DNA of 64,000 bases from Candidatus Freyarchaeum deiterrae (GCA_037305845.1 CP147778.1:448001-512000), one strand, 5' to 3'; positions 9,260 through 20,548 are shown, counted from the stretch's first letter. Program-made: numbers and translations. Notes: generated by a model from the letters alone, not told the origin.

Positions 9260-10129
9260 TTAGGCTTGATAGAAGCTTCTTGAAGGTTTCACTTTTTTGC
9301 TGGATTTGATAAAGGTGCCTTCGTCCAGTTCTCGAAAGGCCTTCGACAGCTCCTCCTCAGTATTCATAACAATAGGCCCTCCCCAAGCCACAGGTTCATT
9401 TAGTGGTTTTCCTGATACAAACAAAAAGCGAAACCCGTCCTTTGACTCTATTCTGATGCTGTCGCCCTCATCAAACAGAGCACAGTGTTGGGATTCTATC
9501 AATGTACCATCGGAGTAGCCTGAACCTTCAATTGCGTGGGCAAACACTCTGCAGCCCCTTTCGGTTGCGTGTTCAAACGCCTTCCCAGCGGCCAATTTTA
9601 CATCGAAGTATTCAACATCAACCGACAAATCTTGAACCGGCCCCCTCGTCCCATCGATCTCCCCTGATATAACCTTAATTTCAACCCCTTCCTCTTCTAA
9701 TGTAGGAAGTTGTTCTTTTGTGATTCCACGGTATTTTGGTTCAGTCATCTTCTTTTTTGCGGGCAGGTTCACCCAGAGTTGGAATCCCGTCATTAGACCA
9801 TTGTATCTTTTCGGCATTTCTTGGTGGATTATGCCTGACCCCGCAGTCATCCACTGAACATCTCCAGACCTTATTACTCCGCTGTTACCTATGCTATCGC
9901 CGTGCGCCACTTCTCCACTCAGCATGTAGGTGACGGTTTCAATTCCTCTGTGGGGATGCCATGGAAACCCCTTGATGTAGTCCTCTGGATTATCTGAACC
10001 AAAATTATCTAGAAGTAGAAATGGGTCGAACATAGGAACCTCATTGAAGGCAAAAACTCGCTTGAGCCTAACACCCGCGCCATCCACTGTCGTTCTACCT
10101 TTCAGAATATTCTTAACTTTTCTCCTCAT
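9260..10129 (-). CDS. Pirin family protein
   Basis: DPFLLLD, GFPWHPHRGIETVTY, WMTAGSGIIHQE, QLWVNLP, GPIVMNT. Confidence 0.95.
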   Translation of the reverse strand: MRRKVKNILKGRTTVDGAGVRLKRVFAFNEVPMFDPFLLLDNFGSDNPEDYIKGFPWHPHRGIETVTYMLSGEVAHGDSIGNSGVIRSGDVQWMTAGSGIIHQEMPKRYNGLMTGFQLWVNLPAKKKMTEPKYRGITKEQLPTLEEEGVEIKVISGEIDGTRGPVQDLSVDVEYFDVKLAAGKAFEHATERGCRVFAHAIEGSGYSDGTLIESQHCALFDEGDSIRIESKDGFRFLFVSGKPLNEPVAWGGPIVMNTEEELSKAFRELDEGTFIKSSKKVKPSRSFYQA

Positions 10130-10310
10130 AGTAATAACACCAAATACCTATCCTTCCCTTTTACTCGCGTAAATTAACCCCGAGCCATTACATTATTGTA
10201 TTGCATATCAAATTCATAATATTTTCGGGTGGTTTTGGGACAAAATTAATTTCACTCTTTATTAAGGAACCTATACGCTGCCTAGAGGTTTAGACAACGC
10301 CCCTCTTATG

Positions 10311-11930
10311 GAATTGCTTGGCATCACTCCTCCCTCATAAATTCTACTCCCTATTATATTTTTGCGCTCTCTACTCTACCATCACGCGTGATAGATAGAT
10401 GGACGGATGGACACGCTGGGCATCAACTTCGAAGGGAAAAAAAGGAGTAGAAGCAATTCATCAACTTCCCCGAAAGGGAACCCACTCTCCTTTCTCTTTG
10501 GTACTTTTAAAAGAATGATTTATCCCAATAATGCTTAAAAAAGCTGATCTTTCTACAAAAGAGTTGATGACAACCACCAAGAAGAAGAAAAAAAGACAGG
10601 GGTGCATAAGTGGTGCTAGAAACAATTATGGTGACTACTGCTACCAGAACGGAGCAGATCCACCTCCAGCCAAACAGCAGAAATAGCATCAACAACAAAA
10701 ACCTGAGCAGGTTGTGCCACTACTCAAAGAACCTCTATAACCAAGCAAACTACATAGTAAGGCAAAACCTTCTCCAAACCGGAAAATGGACGAGATACGA
10801 GGAGCTCGCGGGGGCGCTCAAGAACGCAGAGAACTACAAGGCCCTCCCCGCGCAAACCGCACAGCAGACCCTGAAAACACTGGATAGAAGCTGGAAATCG
10901 TTCTTCAGAGCAACTCAGGAGTGGAAGAAGAACCCGGACAAGTTCCTCGGCAGACCCAAAATGCCCGGCTACAAAGAGAAGAACGGAGAACACCTACTAA
11001 TCTTCACAAACCAGCAGTGCCGAATAATGAGAGACGGAGAAATAAAATTCCCAAAAAAAGTAGACTTGAAGGTTAAGACACGGTTGGAAGACGAAACCCG
11101 CCTCCGGGAGATCCGAATAGTGCCCGAGGGCGGGGGATACGTCCTAGAGGTAGTTTACCACAGGAGGAGGAGGGCTGTGGAGAAGGAACCGCGAAAACTG
11201 CCCCGGGGTAGAGTGATGGGCGTGGATTTGGGGCTGAGGAACACCGTAACCATCGTAAACAACATTGGTGAGAAGCCGATTGCTGTTAAGGGCGGTGTAC
11301 TAAAGTCCATAAACCAATACTACAACCGGGAAAAGGCGCGGTTGCAGAGCGTCTACGACTGTCAGGGACTTAAGACTACTGGTTCCAAGCTTCTGAAGCT
11401 GACCGGGAAGAGGAATCGGAAAATACATGACTTCTTTCATAAGCTGAGCCGTGGAATCGTGGAGTGGTGCGTCAGAAATGATATAGGTACCATAGTGGTA
11501 GGTTATAATGATAATGGTAGCGGTGGTGGCTGGAAGCAGAGTCCGTGTCTTGGGCGGCGTAACAATCAGAACTTCGTTCAGATACCCTTCCAGAGGCTGC
11601 TGCAGCAGGTCTGCTACAAGGCTGAGGAAGCGGGGATAACCGTGGTGGTACGGGAGGAGAGTTACACCTCGAAGTGCAGTTTCTTGGACAATGAACCTCT
11701 GGGTCATTGTGATGAGTACGCTGGTAGGAGAATAAGCCGGGGCTTGTTCCGGTCGAATAAAGGAGTGGTGATCAACGCGGACGTGAACGCCGCCTACAAC
11801 ATTATAAGGAAGGCATTCCCGGAAGCTTTCACTGCGGACGGGATAGAGGGTGTTGGGCTTCACCCGGTTAGAATGAATCTAAACGCGTTCTAGCAAAGGG
11901 GCTCTTTGAGGAAAGAGCAACCTATTTGCC
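10311..11930 (+). mobile_element. Solo-tnpB IS200/IS605-type element (ends approximate)
   Basis: tnpB plus structured flanks: upstream hairpin TTCCC-CGAAA-GGGAA (10466-10480) and inverted repeats; downstream hairpin GCTCTTT-GAGG-AAAGAGC (11901-11918) closed by GCAAA/TTTGC. Confidence 0.55.
10610..11893 (+). CDS. tnpB: RNA-guided endonuclease TnpB (IS200/IS605 family, IS1341-like, no tnpA)
   Basis: SKNLYNQANY, RPKMPGYK, RuvC-I GVDLG, RuvC-II REESYTSKCS, RuvC-III NADVNAAYNI. Start may be ATG 10628. Confidence 0.93.
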   Translation: MVLETIMVTTATRTEQIHLQPNSRNSINNKNLSRLCHYSKNLYNQANYIVRQNLLQTGKWTRYEELAGALKNAENYKALPAQTAQQTLKTLDRSWKSFFRATQEWKKNPDKFLGRPKMPGYKEKNGEHLLIFTNQQCRIMRDGEIKFPKKVDLKVKTRLEDETRLREIRIVPEGGGYVLEVVYHRRRRAVEKEPRKLPRGRVMGVDLGLRNTVTIVNNIGEKPIAVKGGVLKSINQYYNREKARLQSVYDCQGLKTTGSKLLKLTGKRNRKIHDFFHKLSRGIVEWCVRNDIGTIVVGYNDNGSGGGWKQSPCLGRRNNQNFVQIPFQRLLQQVCYKAEEAGITVVVREESYTSKCSFLDNEPLGHCDEYAGRRISRGLFRSNKGVVINADVNAAYNIIRKAFPEAFTADGIEGVGLHPVRMNLNAF

Positions 11931-11947
11931 CGAGTGGCTTCTTCTTG

Positions 11948-12784
11948 TTAGGTATGTGGTTTTTTTATGGTTGCTTTTTTTAGTTGGCTGGCGTAGTCTT
12001 TGAGTGTTTCTAGCATTTCTTCTACTTCTTCTTCGTCGTTGTTGTTGTATTTTTTTTCTATGATTTTTATGAATTCGCTTCCCACTATGGCGGCTTCTGC
12101 TCCGTTTTGTATAATGGTTTTCACATGGTCAGGCTTTGAGATTCCGAAACCTACGGCTAAGGGGATTTTTTGCTTTGTGATTTGAAGTGTTTTTCTAATC
12201 AGTTTTATGGTGTAGTCTTGAATATTGTCTCTGGCTCCTGTTACTCCGTAAACTGAGACGAGGTAGAGGAAGCCTGATGTGTTTTCCACTATTTTTCTTA
12301 GGCGTTCCGTTGGGGTTGATGGGGCTGCTAGGAATATTGTATCCACTCCGTGTATTTCTGCGATCTTCTTGTACTCGGCGGCTTCTTCTATGGGGAGGTC
12401 TGGGACGATTACTCCGTCGACTCCTGCTGCCTTGGCGGATTCGAAGAAGTTTTTTGTTCCCATTCTGAAAATTGGGTTATAATAGGTCATTATTACGAGT
12501 GGTGTTTTGTTTTTTTCTTTGATTTCTTCGATTATTTTGAGCACCCCTTTTGGTGTTGTTCCTGCTTTCAATGCTTTGGTGGCTGCGGTTTGGATGGTTG
12601 GTCCATCGGCTATGGGGTCGGAGAATGGAATTCCCAGTTCCATGATGTCTGCTCCCCCTTCAACTAGAGTGTCTACTATTTGGGGTGTCAGTGCCGGTTC
12701 GGGATAGCCAGCGGTGACGTAAGCGATTAAGCCGCCTTCGTCTTGGGTTCTGAGTTTTGAGAATGTTTTTTCTATATCTCTCAT
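11948..12784 (-). CDS. trpA: Tryptophan synthase alpha chain
   Basis: [40 protein letters not shown]. Confidence 0.97.
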   Translation of the reverse strand: MRDIEKTFSKLRTQDEGGLIAYVTAGYPEPALTPQIVDTLVEGGADIMELGIPFSDPIADGPTIQTAATKALKAGTTPKGVLKIIEEIKEKNKTPLVIMTYYNPIFRMGTKNFFESAKAAGVDGVIVPDLPIEEAAEYKKIAEIHGVDTIFLAAPSTPTERLRKIVENTSGFLYLVSVYGVTGARDNIQDYTIKLIRKTLQITKQKIPLAVGFGISKPDHVKTIIQNGAEAAIVGSEFIKIIEKKYNNNDEEEVEEMLETLKDYASQLKKATIKKPHT

Positions 12785-13977
12785 ATTTTCTCACCTAGAT
12801 ATTTGGCTACCACTTCAGTGTCTTTGTCTCCTCTCCCAGATATGGTTACCACGATTATCTTGTCTTTGGTTAAGGTTGGGGCTAGCTTTATGGCGAATGC
12901 TAACGCGTGGGATGGCTCCAATGCTGGAATTATTCCCTCTTTTTGGGATAGTTCGAGGAAAGCATTTACTGCTTCTTTATCTGTTGCGGCGGCGTATTGG
13001 GCTCTACCTATGCTTTTGAGGAAGGAGTGTTCGGGTCCGACTCCTGGGTAGTCTAGTCCTGCTGAGATGCTGTTAGTGTCCAGTATCTGGCCGTTTTCGT
13101 CTTGGAGAATGTATGTTAGCATTCCGTGGAATACGCCTTCGGCTCCTCCGATTAGTGAGGCGGCGTGTTTTCCGGTGTCTATTCCTTGTCCTGCAGCTTC
13201 AACGCCGTATAGCTCAACTTCTTCGTCGTCTAGGAAGGGATGGAATGTTCCTATGGCGTTGCTTCCTCCGCCTACGCATGCGATGAGGGCGTCGGGAAGT
13301 CTTTCTTCCTTTTGTAGTATTTGCTGCTTTAACTCGTTTCCAATGACGCTCTGGAAGTCTCTGACCATCATGGGGTAGGGGTGTGGTCCTACCACGGAGC
13401 CTATGAGGTAGTATGTGTCTTGGACGTTTGCTACCCAGTCTCTTAGGGCTTCGTTTATGGAGTCTTTCAGGGTTTTTGTTCCGGATTCTACTTGGTGGAC
13501 TTGGGCTCCGAGTAGTTTCATTCTGAAGACGTTGAGCTTTTGCCGTTCTATGTCTTCGGCTCCCATGTAGACCTCGGCTTTCAATCCCAATACTGCGCAG
13601 GATATGGCGGTGGCGACTCCGTGTTGCCCTGCACCGGTTTCTGCTATGATTCTTGTCTTTCCCATTCTTTTTGCGAGCAGGGCTTGCCCCAACGTGTTAT
13701 TTATCTTGTGGGCTCCTCCGTGGGCTAGGTCCTCCCGTTTGAGGTAGATTTTTGCTCCGCCGAGTTTCTTGGTCAAGTTTTCCGCGTAGTACAGGGGGGT
13801 GGGTCTTCCGGCGTACTCTGAAAGGTAATAGTTCAATTGTTTTTGGAATTCTGGATCCTTTTTTGCTTCTTCGTATGCTTTCTCAAGTTCTTTAACTGCG
13901 GTCATTAGGGTTTCTGGGATGAACTGCCCGCCGTGTTTCCCGTATTTACCATTTATGGGGTATTTCTTCAATTCCAT
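12781..13977 (-). CDS. trpB: Tryptophan synthase beta chain (TrpB1 type)
   Basis: [18 protein letters not shown] lysine, [33 protein letters not shown]. Confidence 0.98.
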   Translation of the reverse strand: MELKKYPINGKYGKHGGQFIPETLMTAVKELEKAYEEAKKDPEFQKQLNYYLSEYAGRPTPLYYAENLTKKLGGAKIYLKREDLAHGGAHKINNTLGQALLAKRMGKTRIIAETGAGQHGVATAISCAVLGLKAEVYMGAEDIERQKLNVFRMKLLGAQVHQVESGTKTLKDSINEALRDWVANVQDTYYLIGSVVGPHPYPMMVRDFQSVIGNELKQQILQKEERLPDALIACVGGGSNAIGTFHPFLDDEEVELYGVEAAGQGIDTGKHAASLIGGAEGVFHGMLTYILQDENGQILDTNSISAGLDYPGVGPEHSFLKSIGRAQYAAATDKEAVNAFLELSQKEGIIPALEPSHALAFAIKLAPTLTKDKIIVVTISGRGDKDTEVVAKYLGEKI

Positions 13978-14624
13978 TGCATCTCAACTTCCTTAGCGTT
14001 TTTTATGAATTCGGATACTTTTTTGGGGTCTTTTACTCCTGGTTTTGCCTCAACACCGCTGGAGACGTCGACGGCGTAGGGTTTAACCAGTTGTATGGCT
14101 TCCTTCACATTTTCTGGCTTTAATCCTCCGGCTAGGATTAGCGGTTTGGGGTATATGGCTTCCCTAACAAGTTTGCTGAGTTTCCAGTCATGAGTTATTC
14201 CTGTGCCTCCATACTTTCCTGAGACAAGAGAGTCTAGGAGTATCGCGTCCAGTATGTTTGCGGCTTCCTTGGCAGTGTTGGCTGCTTGAGGTTCAGCTTG
14301 GATTGCCCCTATCAGGTGAATGTAAGGTAAGCTTTTTCGTATCTCTTTGTATCTTTGGTTCAAGCCGTGGATTTGAATGGTGCTGGGATTCAATTCTTTG
14401 TGAATCTTCTCTAGATGACCAAGGTCTTTGGGGACTGTAACTACGACTGTTTCCACGAATATCGGAGCGGATTTTATTATTTCCTTGGCTTTGTTTATGG
14501 AGAGGTTTCTTGGAGATTGGGGTACATCTACGACAAAACCTACTGCGTCTGCTCCAGCGTCCACGGCTATTTGGAGATCTTTGGTGGAGGTTATTCCGCA
14601 TATCTTAACACGAACCCGACTCAC
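13968..14624 (-). CDS. trpF: Phosphoribosylanthranilate isomerase
   Basis: [29 protein letters not shown]; GTG start at 14624 overlaps the trpC stop (GTGA). Confidence 0.95.
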   Translation of the reverse strand: MSRVRVKICGITSTKDLQIAVDAGADAVGFVVDVPQSPRNLSINKAKEIIKSAPIFVETVVVTVPKDLGHLEKIHKELNPSTIQIHGLNQRYKEIRKSLPYIHLIGAIQAEPQAANTAKEAANILDAILLDSLVSGKYGGTGITHDWKLSKLVREAIYPKPLILAGGLKPENVKEAIQLVKPYAVDVSSGVEAKPGVKDPKKVSEFIKNAKEVEMQWN

Positions 14625-15403
14625 AGCGATTCCACCAACTCTTTCACTTTTTCCTCTATGTTGCCGGCCTTCATGATAGCAGTTCCTACGAGGAATGCTT
14701 GGGCTCCGCAATTTCGGAGGAAGCGTATGTCTTGCGAAGTGTTTATGCCACTTTCGCTCACAATCACTCTTCCTTCGGTACCGTGTTTGGTTAAGATGTG
14801 CTTTGTGACTTCTAGATTTACTTTGAGCGTTTTTAGGTCACGGTTGTTTATGCCGATCATGTCGGAGTCGGTCTTGAGTGCGTTGAGAAACTCGTTTTCA
14901 GTGTGTACCTCTAAGAGTGTTTCTAGGCCTTTGGAATGGGTGTGTTCAATCATGCTCTGAACATTCTCTTCGCAGTAACCTCTATCAAAGAGTGCCTGTA
15001 TTAGTAGAATTGTGTTTGCGCCATTTCTTGAGGCGAATTCAATTTGTTCCAGACTTAAGATAAAGTCCTTCATTAGTATTGGTACATCCACTTGGTCTCG
15101 TACTTGGGTTATGAACTTGACGTTGCCTTTGAAGTGTTTTGGTTCTGTTAGAATTGATATGCCGACACTGCCTCCCTTCTCCATATCCTTAGCAATCTTT
15201 CCCAAGTCGCTATTCTCCCTTATGGTGCCTTTGGAAGGCGATGCGAACTTGATCTCGGATATGATTGGATTTCCCTTACCGCTCGTAATAATAGCTTCTT
15301 TCAAGCTTTTGGGAGTAGCTGCTACCTTTGCGGTAGTTTCGTAGTATCCTTCTTTTATCGACCTCATTGCGTCTTTAGCTAGTACGTCAATGTAATCAGG
15401 CAT
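14621..15403 (-). CDS. trpC: Indole-3-glycerol phosphate synthase
   Basis: ISEIKFASPSKG, ISILTE, LMKDF, GINNRDL, VSESGI. Confidence 0.96.
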   Translation of the reverse strand: MPDYIDVLAKDAMRSIKEGYYETTAKVAATPKSLKEAIITSGKGNPIISEIKFASPSKGTIRENSDLGKIAKDMEKGGSVGISILTEPKHFKGNVKFITQVRDQVDVPILMKDFILSLEQIEFASRNGANTILLIQALFDRGYCEENVQSMIEHTHSKGLETLLEVHTENEFLNALKTDSDMIGINNRDLKTLKVNLEVTKHILTKHGTEGRVIVSESGINTSQDIRFLRNCGAQAFLVGTAIMKAGNIEEKVKELVESL

Positions 15404-16454
15404 ACTTCCTTTCATACTCCTCAAGCTTCGATAGCTGCCCGCCGGAAGCTTTGACCATCATCTTTAATTTTTCATATGCGGCTCCGCTTTCGATGGAGTC
15501 AGACGCCAGTTCAATTCCTTCCGATAAATCTCCGGCTTTACCGCCGACAAGTATTCCAGCCGCTGAGTTAAGCAGAACTATGTCTCTTTTCGGGTCTTGC
15601 TTAGAGATGTTGTTTAATAGTTTGAACGTGAGTTCAGCGCTCTCTTCTGGTGTAGTTCCACATATCTCCTGTGGCTTAGCTATTTTGAAACCATAGTCTT
15701 TAGGGGTTATCTCTTTGAGGGATACTTCTCCGTCTCTGAGTTGGGCTATTGATGTTTTGCCAATTATTGAGATTTCATCCAATCCGTCCAAGCCGTGAAC
15801 CACCATGGCTTCTTCACAGCCTAGTTCCCCTAAAACGTGGGCTAGTGGTTCCACTAGTTCTTTACTATAAACGCCGAGTAATTGGGCGTTAGCACCTGCT
15901 GGATTTGTTAATGGTCCGAGAATGTTGAAGACGGTTCGGATTCCTATTTCCCTCCGAGGGCCAATAGCATGTTTCATTGCAGGGTGGAAGTTTGGAGCGA
16001 ACATGAATCCTATTCCCACATTCTCGATAATTTTTTCAACAGCTTTCGGTTCCAAATTGAGGTTGTAGCCGAGTTGCTCTAGCACGTCGCTGCTGCCGCT
16101 TTTACTGGTAACTGATCGATTGCCGTGCTTAGCTACGGCGACTCCTGCGCCTGCAACTATGAAGGCTGCTGCGGTGCTTACGTTAAAGGTTTTCATCTTG
16201 TCTCCTCCGGTTCCACAGGTATCTACTAGTCGACCGCTAACTTTTGGATGAATTTTATAGCAAAACTCTCTCATCACGGATGCGAAAGCTGATATTTCCT
16301 GTACAGTTTCCCCCTTCATTCTCAGAGCAGTTAGGAATGCTCCGATCTGAGCCTGTGTGGCAGCGCCTGACATTATCTCCTTCATTGTGTCCCTAGCTTC
16401 TTGTTGTTCCAAGTCTTTTCCTTCAACTATTTTTTGTATGTTTTCCTTTATCAT
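15396..16454 (-). CDS. trpD: Anthranilate phosphoribosyltransferase
   Basis: DTCGTGGD, FNVST, KHGNRSVTSKSGS, RTVFNILGPL, GLDEIS. Confidence 0.97.
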   Translation of the reverse strand: MIKENIQKIVEGKDLEQQEARDTMKEIMSGAATQAQIGAFLTALRMKGETVQEISAFASVMREFCYKIHPKVSGRLVDTCGTGGDKMKTFNVSTAAAFIVAGAGVAVAKHGNRSVTSKSGSSDVLEQLGYNLNLEPKAVEKIIENVGIGFMFAPNFHPAMKHAIGPRREIGIRTVFNILGPLTNPAGANAQLLGVYSKELVEPLAHVLGELGCEEAMVVHGLDGLDEISIIGKTSIAQLRDGEVSLKEITPKDYGFKIAKPQEICGTTPEESAELTFKLLNNISKQDPKRDIVLLNSAAGILVGGKAGDLSEGIELASDSIESGAAYEKLKMMVKASGGQLSKLEEYERKYA

Positions 16455-16458
16455 GCTA

Positions 16459-17040
16459 TCACTCGCCCGCAAGAAAGTTTTTTATCAGTCTATTTCCGTT
16501 TATCGTGAGTATGGATTCGGGGTGAAATTGAACTCCTTCAATCGGATATTCTAAATGCCGGACTCCCATGATTTCTCCACCATCTATTGCCTCGGCTGTA
16601 ATTTCCAAGCATGACGGTGTAGTTTCCCTATCGCCAACTAGGGAGTGGTAACGAGTAGCCTCAAAGGGATTCTTCATTCCCTTAAAGACTCCTTTGCCAT
16701 CATGTTTTATGAGGCTCGTTTTTCCATGCTTCAAATTACTCGCGCGGATAATCTTCCCACCAAAAGTGGAGAAGATTCCCTGGTGCCCTAGACACACGCC
16801 CAGTGTGGGAATTTTACAACTCATTTTTCGCAAAATTTCGGAGCATACACCGAAGTATCGCACATCTTCCGGCGTGCCGGGACCAGGAGAAATTATTATT
16901 CTATCCGGGCGGAGTTTGGTTGCTTTCTTCAAGGTTATTTCGTCATTTCTATAGACTAGGGGTTCTGCCCCAAGTTCTCCTACGTACTGCACAAGATTGT
17001 AGACGAAGGAGTCATAATTATCGATAATAAGAACTTTCAT
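16459..17040 (-). CDS. trpG: Anthranilate synthase component II (glutamine amidotransferase)
   Basis: IDNYDSF, ISPGPG, GVCLGHQ, RYHSL, GVQFHPES. Confidence 0.97.
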   Translation of the reverse strand: MKVLIIDNYDSFVYNLVQYVGELGAEPLVYRNDEITLKKATKLRPDRIIISPGPGTPEDVRYFGVCSEILRKMSCKIPTLGVCLGHQGIFSTFGGKIIRASNLKHGKTSLIKHDGKGVFKGMKNPFEATRYHSLVGDRETTPSCLEITAEAIDGGEIMGVRHLEYPIEGVQFHPESILTINGNRLIKNFLAGE

Positions 17041-18437
17041 AATTTGACCTCCGATAATTCTAAAGCCTTCTGCAAGGCTCCAAGTTTATGTTCAGTTTCG
17101 AACCATTCCGTTTCAGGCACCGAGTCGGCTACTATTCCCGCTCCAGCTTGTATGAAGCATCTATGCTTATCCGCTACCAGTGTTCGTATTGTAATAGCGA
17201 AGTCCATATTGCCATTATAAGAGAAGTAGCCGAGAGCTCCCGCGTATGGGCCTCTCCTCGTGGGTTCAAGTTCCTCAATTATTTCCATCGCTCTTACTTT
17301 GGGGGCTCCAGAAACTGTTCCCGCTGGAAAAACCGCTCTCATGGCATCGTAGCAGTTACGGTCATCTCTTAGCTTGCCCACTACTCTAGAAACTATGTGC
17401 TGAACATGGCTGTACTCATGTACCTCCATGAATTCTGGAACGTGGACACTTCCGAAACTCGAAACCTTACCCAAGTCGTTCCTAGCCAAGTCTACTAGCA
17501 TCACATGTTCGGCGCATTCCTTCTCGTCAGATAAGAGATCTTTTGCTAAAGCCCTATTTTTAGCGGGGTCTTCCACTCTGGGTCTGGTGCCAGCTATAGG
17601 GAAGGTCTCCACCGCGTTTCCATCAACTCTCACAAGCATCTCGGGACTGGATCCTATGATTTTCCGTTCTCCCATTTTTAAGAAATACATGTATGGAGAA
17701 GGATTGATCTCTCGTAATGCCAAGTAGAATCTAGTCAGATCTCCTTTGAACTTGAACTCCTTCCTCTTCGAAGGAACGACCTGAAAAATATCGCCTGACG
17801 CTATGTATTTTTTGGCGTTCTTAACTGATTCTTCGTACTGTTCTTTTGTGACGTTAAACTTGGGACTGGTAAAGGATAAACTTCCAGGGTTGTAGGGCTC
17901 CTTTGCTAATTCTAATAATTCGTCTGAGTGGTCTTCATCCCTGTAATAGTAGAGGGTCTCTCCTCGGATGTGGTCGAATACGACGCCATCATCATAAATG
18001 CCCATCTGAATATCTGGAAATTCCAGGTCGTCTACAGCTCGGTTGGGAAGCTTTTCAAAGTAACGTATTGCGTCATAGGAGATGTATCCCACGGCGCCGC
18101 CTTCCAACCTGAATCTTTTTTGGTTGGATTTTGTTCCAAGTACCTCTTCTAATACCTTGAGGGGATCGTTGGCTTTGGTTATATTCTTCTCCCCAGATTC
18201 CATATCTTGTAGTGTTACCTCGCCGTCTTTCGCCGTTACCAACATTTTCGGCATGAATCCGATGAACGAATATTGGGCCAGCTTTTTCGGCCCCTCCATG
18301 GATTCGAGGAGGTATGCGTGCTCGTATTTTTCTTGTATTTTCAAAAAGAGTTCGGTTGGTGAGAACGAAGTTGGAAACTTTTTAATATTCAACCGAGAGA
18401 TAGGCTTGCTTTCGCTCTTCTTGATGTACTGCTGCAA
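17037..18437 (-). CDS. trpE: Anthranilate synthase component I
   Basis: [48 protein letters not shown]. Confidence 0.96.
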   Translation of the reverse strand: MQQYIKKSESKPISRLNIKKFPTSFSPTELFLKIQEKYEHAYLLESMEGPKKLAQYSFIGFMPKMLVTAKDGEVTLQDMESGEKNITKANDPLKVLEEVLGTKSNQKRFRLEGGAVGYISYDAIRYFEKLPNRAVDDLEFPDIQMGIYDDGVVFDHIRGETLYYYRDEDHSDELLELAKEPYNPGSLSFTSPKFNVTKEQYEESVKNAKKYIASGDIFQVVPSKRKEFKFKGDLTRFYLALREINPSPYMYFLKMGERKIIGSSPEMLVRVDGNAVETFPIAGTRPRVEDPAKNRALAKDLLSDEKECAEHVMLVDLARNDLGKVSSFGSVHVPEFMEVHEYSHVQHIVSRVVGKLRDDRNCYDAMRAVFPAGTVSGAPKVRAMEIIEELEPTRRGPYAGALGYFSYNGNMDFAITIRTLVADKHRCFIQAGAGIVADSVPETEWFETEHKLGALQKALELSEVKL

Positions 18438-18683
18438 TTTGTAGCCAAAGATGATTCCTCACTGTAAAGCCTCCTATAATAAAGCCTAATTATAAGAATT
18501 TATACCCATGTGTTATATTTAAAACTTATGTGTACAAAAATATACATAAATAAAATAATTTTTAGTTCATAAACTAGTTAAAATCAAATCTTTGAGAAGG
18601 GCGTTATAAGAAAAAGTATTCCCATAATTACGGAGATTAAAAGCTAAAAAGGAAGTTCTGCATAATAATTTCTAGTGAATTTT

Positions 18684-19553
18684 ATGAACCAAAAAATAAA
18701 TGATTCGGATACTAAAAACCCGAGTTTGGATGCAGAAATTAACGCTGTAATTGATGTGGAGCAGTTACAGGTATTGACGAACAAGCATCTGGAGGAAATG
18801 GTGAACAAGGTTTCAGCCATGTTTCCCATGCGGGGCCTCAGTGAGTTCCTCAGGTTTCAAAGCAACGAGTTTGCCTCAAATCTTTTTCAGGCCATCCTAA
18901 CTGTGTTGGAGAAAAAAGGGGAGAAAACAGGTGGAGGAAAGGAAGGAAACAATCGGGTATATCAAGAACTCAAAAAACAATTGAAACACACTTTGAGTAA
19001 AATTATAGAGAATATTGAAAAGTGGGGAACTCCCCTCGGGGAGAGAGATTCCGAAGAAGAAACAAGCGTAGAGAACGCAGTGCCCGTGAGTCCAAAAGTG
19101 ATGAGTAAGGCAGTTTTTGGCGGAGTAAAGGTGGAACAGGAACAATCTTTACCCGAATTGAAGGAAGAGAAGAAAGAGAAACTGAGTGATAATGAAGATC
19201 AGAAATTGATTAGATTTCTGGGAGAGCAGAGAGAAAAGTATAATCCCTTTATCTATGCTTCTGGAGAGGAGGAAATAGTTCATCTCCGTGGACAGGTTGA
19301 AGGCTTGACACGAATTATAGACCGTGTTAAACCCCTTGTAGAAACAGATCCGAGGTACAAGACTATCGTTTTCATCGGAAACCGGGGAGGAACTACTGCC
19401 GAGGAGCTGGGTGATTACCTAGGTCTAACTGAGGGGAAGCGGAAAAGTCTCGTCAAGGAGCTCAAGAACCTTGAAATGATAGATGTTAACGAAAACGGTA
19501 TGATTGTTTTAAAACCCATAAAGACTGAGGAAGAGAAAAAGAAAGAGTTATAA
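18684..19553 (+). CDS. Hypothetical helical/coiled-coil protein with probable C-terminal winged HTH
   Basis: Long charged ORF; C-terminal TAEELGDYLGLTEG...LVKELKNLEMIDV is wHTH-like. Confidence 0.6.
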   Translation: MNQKINDSDTKNPSLDAEINAVIDVEQLQVLTNKHLEEMVNKVSAMFPMRGLSEFLRFQSNEFASNLFQAILTVLEKKGEKTGGGKEGNNRVYQELKKQLKHTLSKIIENIEKWGTPLGERDSEEETSVENAVPVSPKVMSKAVFGGVKVEQEQSLPELKEEKKEKLSDNEDQKLIRFLGEQREKYNPFIYASGEEEIVHLRGQVEGLTRIIDRVKPLVETDPRYKTIVFIGNRGGTTAEELGDYLGLTEGKRKSLVKELKNLEMIDVNENGMIVLKPIKTEEEKKKEL

Positions 19554-19696
19554 GATTCTCAAAAACCTACGAAAAGAGTATAACCTGAGACTAGAGGCCC
19601 TAAAGTTAGACGTGGAGAACGGTCTAGACATAATTATTTGACAAACATTTGTAACTTTCTTGAATTAAAAGGAAGGCGTTAAATCAACTTTTGAGT

Positions 19697-20548
19697 TTAT
19701 TTTATTGCGTTTCTGAGGTCTTGCAGTGCCTGCTTTAGTGTTTTGTTTTTCAGGGCTTGGAAGCCTCCTACTGTTTTGTGGCCTCCTGATGTGTAGCCTT
19801 GTTTTGTTAGGTGTTGGTAGATTTTTGTGAGGTCTATATTTTCGTTTGTAGCTATAGTTCCGCTTTTTACTCTTTGTTCATTCATCCCTATGGCAATCAC
19901 TATGGGTGTTTTCTCTTCTAGTATGAGCATGGCGTCCTTGGAGGCTCCTCTCTCCCAGCGGTCGTTGAACTGAAATGTGAAGTAGACTGATTCGGGGGTT
20001 AATTTTTCGCACTTCTTTAGGAGCTCTTTTGTTTTTTCTTCCACTTTTCGGTATTCTGTTTGTCGTTTTTCTGCCCATTGTTGGAGCTGTTTCCAGTCTC
20101 CTTTTTTGACCATTTCTGCGACCTGTGGACGTGGGAAGCCTTGGGCGTCTACTCGGTATGCTTTCCAGAGTGTTTGGCTGAGTTTCGATTTTAGGGTTGC
20201 TGTGTCAACTTCCTCCATGGCGGTTCTCCATTTTTTGGGGAATTCCAGCTGCCAGTGGTCCGCGATGAGTGAGCAGACAGCCTTGTATTCTGGTTCCAGT
20301 ATCCACTGGTTGCCCTGCTCATCCATGCCTTGTCTTGGTTGGGTTCCGTGGTGGTCGATTATCAGGGAGTTTCGCAGGCTCGTTACGCGCTCTGGTGTGA
20401 TCTCTATGGAGACAGCGTTTTCAATGGTTAAATCTAGTAGTTCCAGGGGGAATTCTAGGGGCAAGTCGTGAATTCGTGAGAAGAGTCCTGCACCTACCAC
20501 TCCATCCCAGTCACCGTGGGCTACTATTCTTAATATTTTGGGCTTCAT
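19697..20548 (-). CDS. DHH-family phosphoesterase-like protein
   Basis: HGDWDG motif I, IIDHHG motif III, C-terminal SGGH (DHHA1). Confidence 0.75.
   Translation of the reverse strand: MKPKILRIVAHGDWDGVVGAGLFSRIHDLPLEFPLELLDLTIENAVSIEITPERVTSLRNSLIIDHHGTQPRQGMDEQGNQWILEPEYKAVCSLIADHWQLEFPKKWRTAMEEVDTATLKSKLSQTLWKAYRVDAQGFPRPQVAEMVKKGDWKQLQQWAEKRQTEYRKVEEKTKELLKKCEKLTPESVYFTFQFNDRWERGASKDAMLILEEKTPIVIAIGMNEQRVKSGTIATNENIDLTKIYQHLTKQGYTSGGHKTVGGFQALKNKTLKQALQDLRNAIK

Noticed and set aside
14625-14711. Extended N-terminus of TrpF in the ORF track
   Set aside because: It overlaps trpC; the GTG at 14624 gives a normal TrpF with translational coupling.
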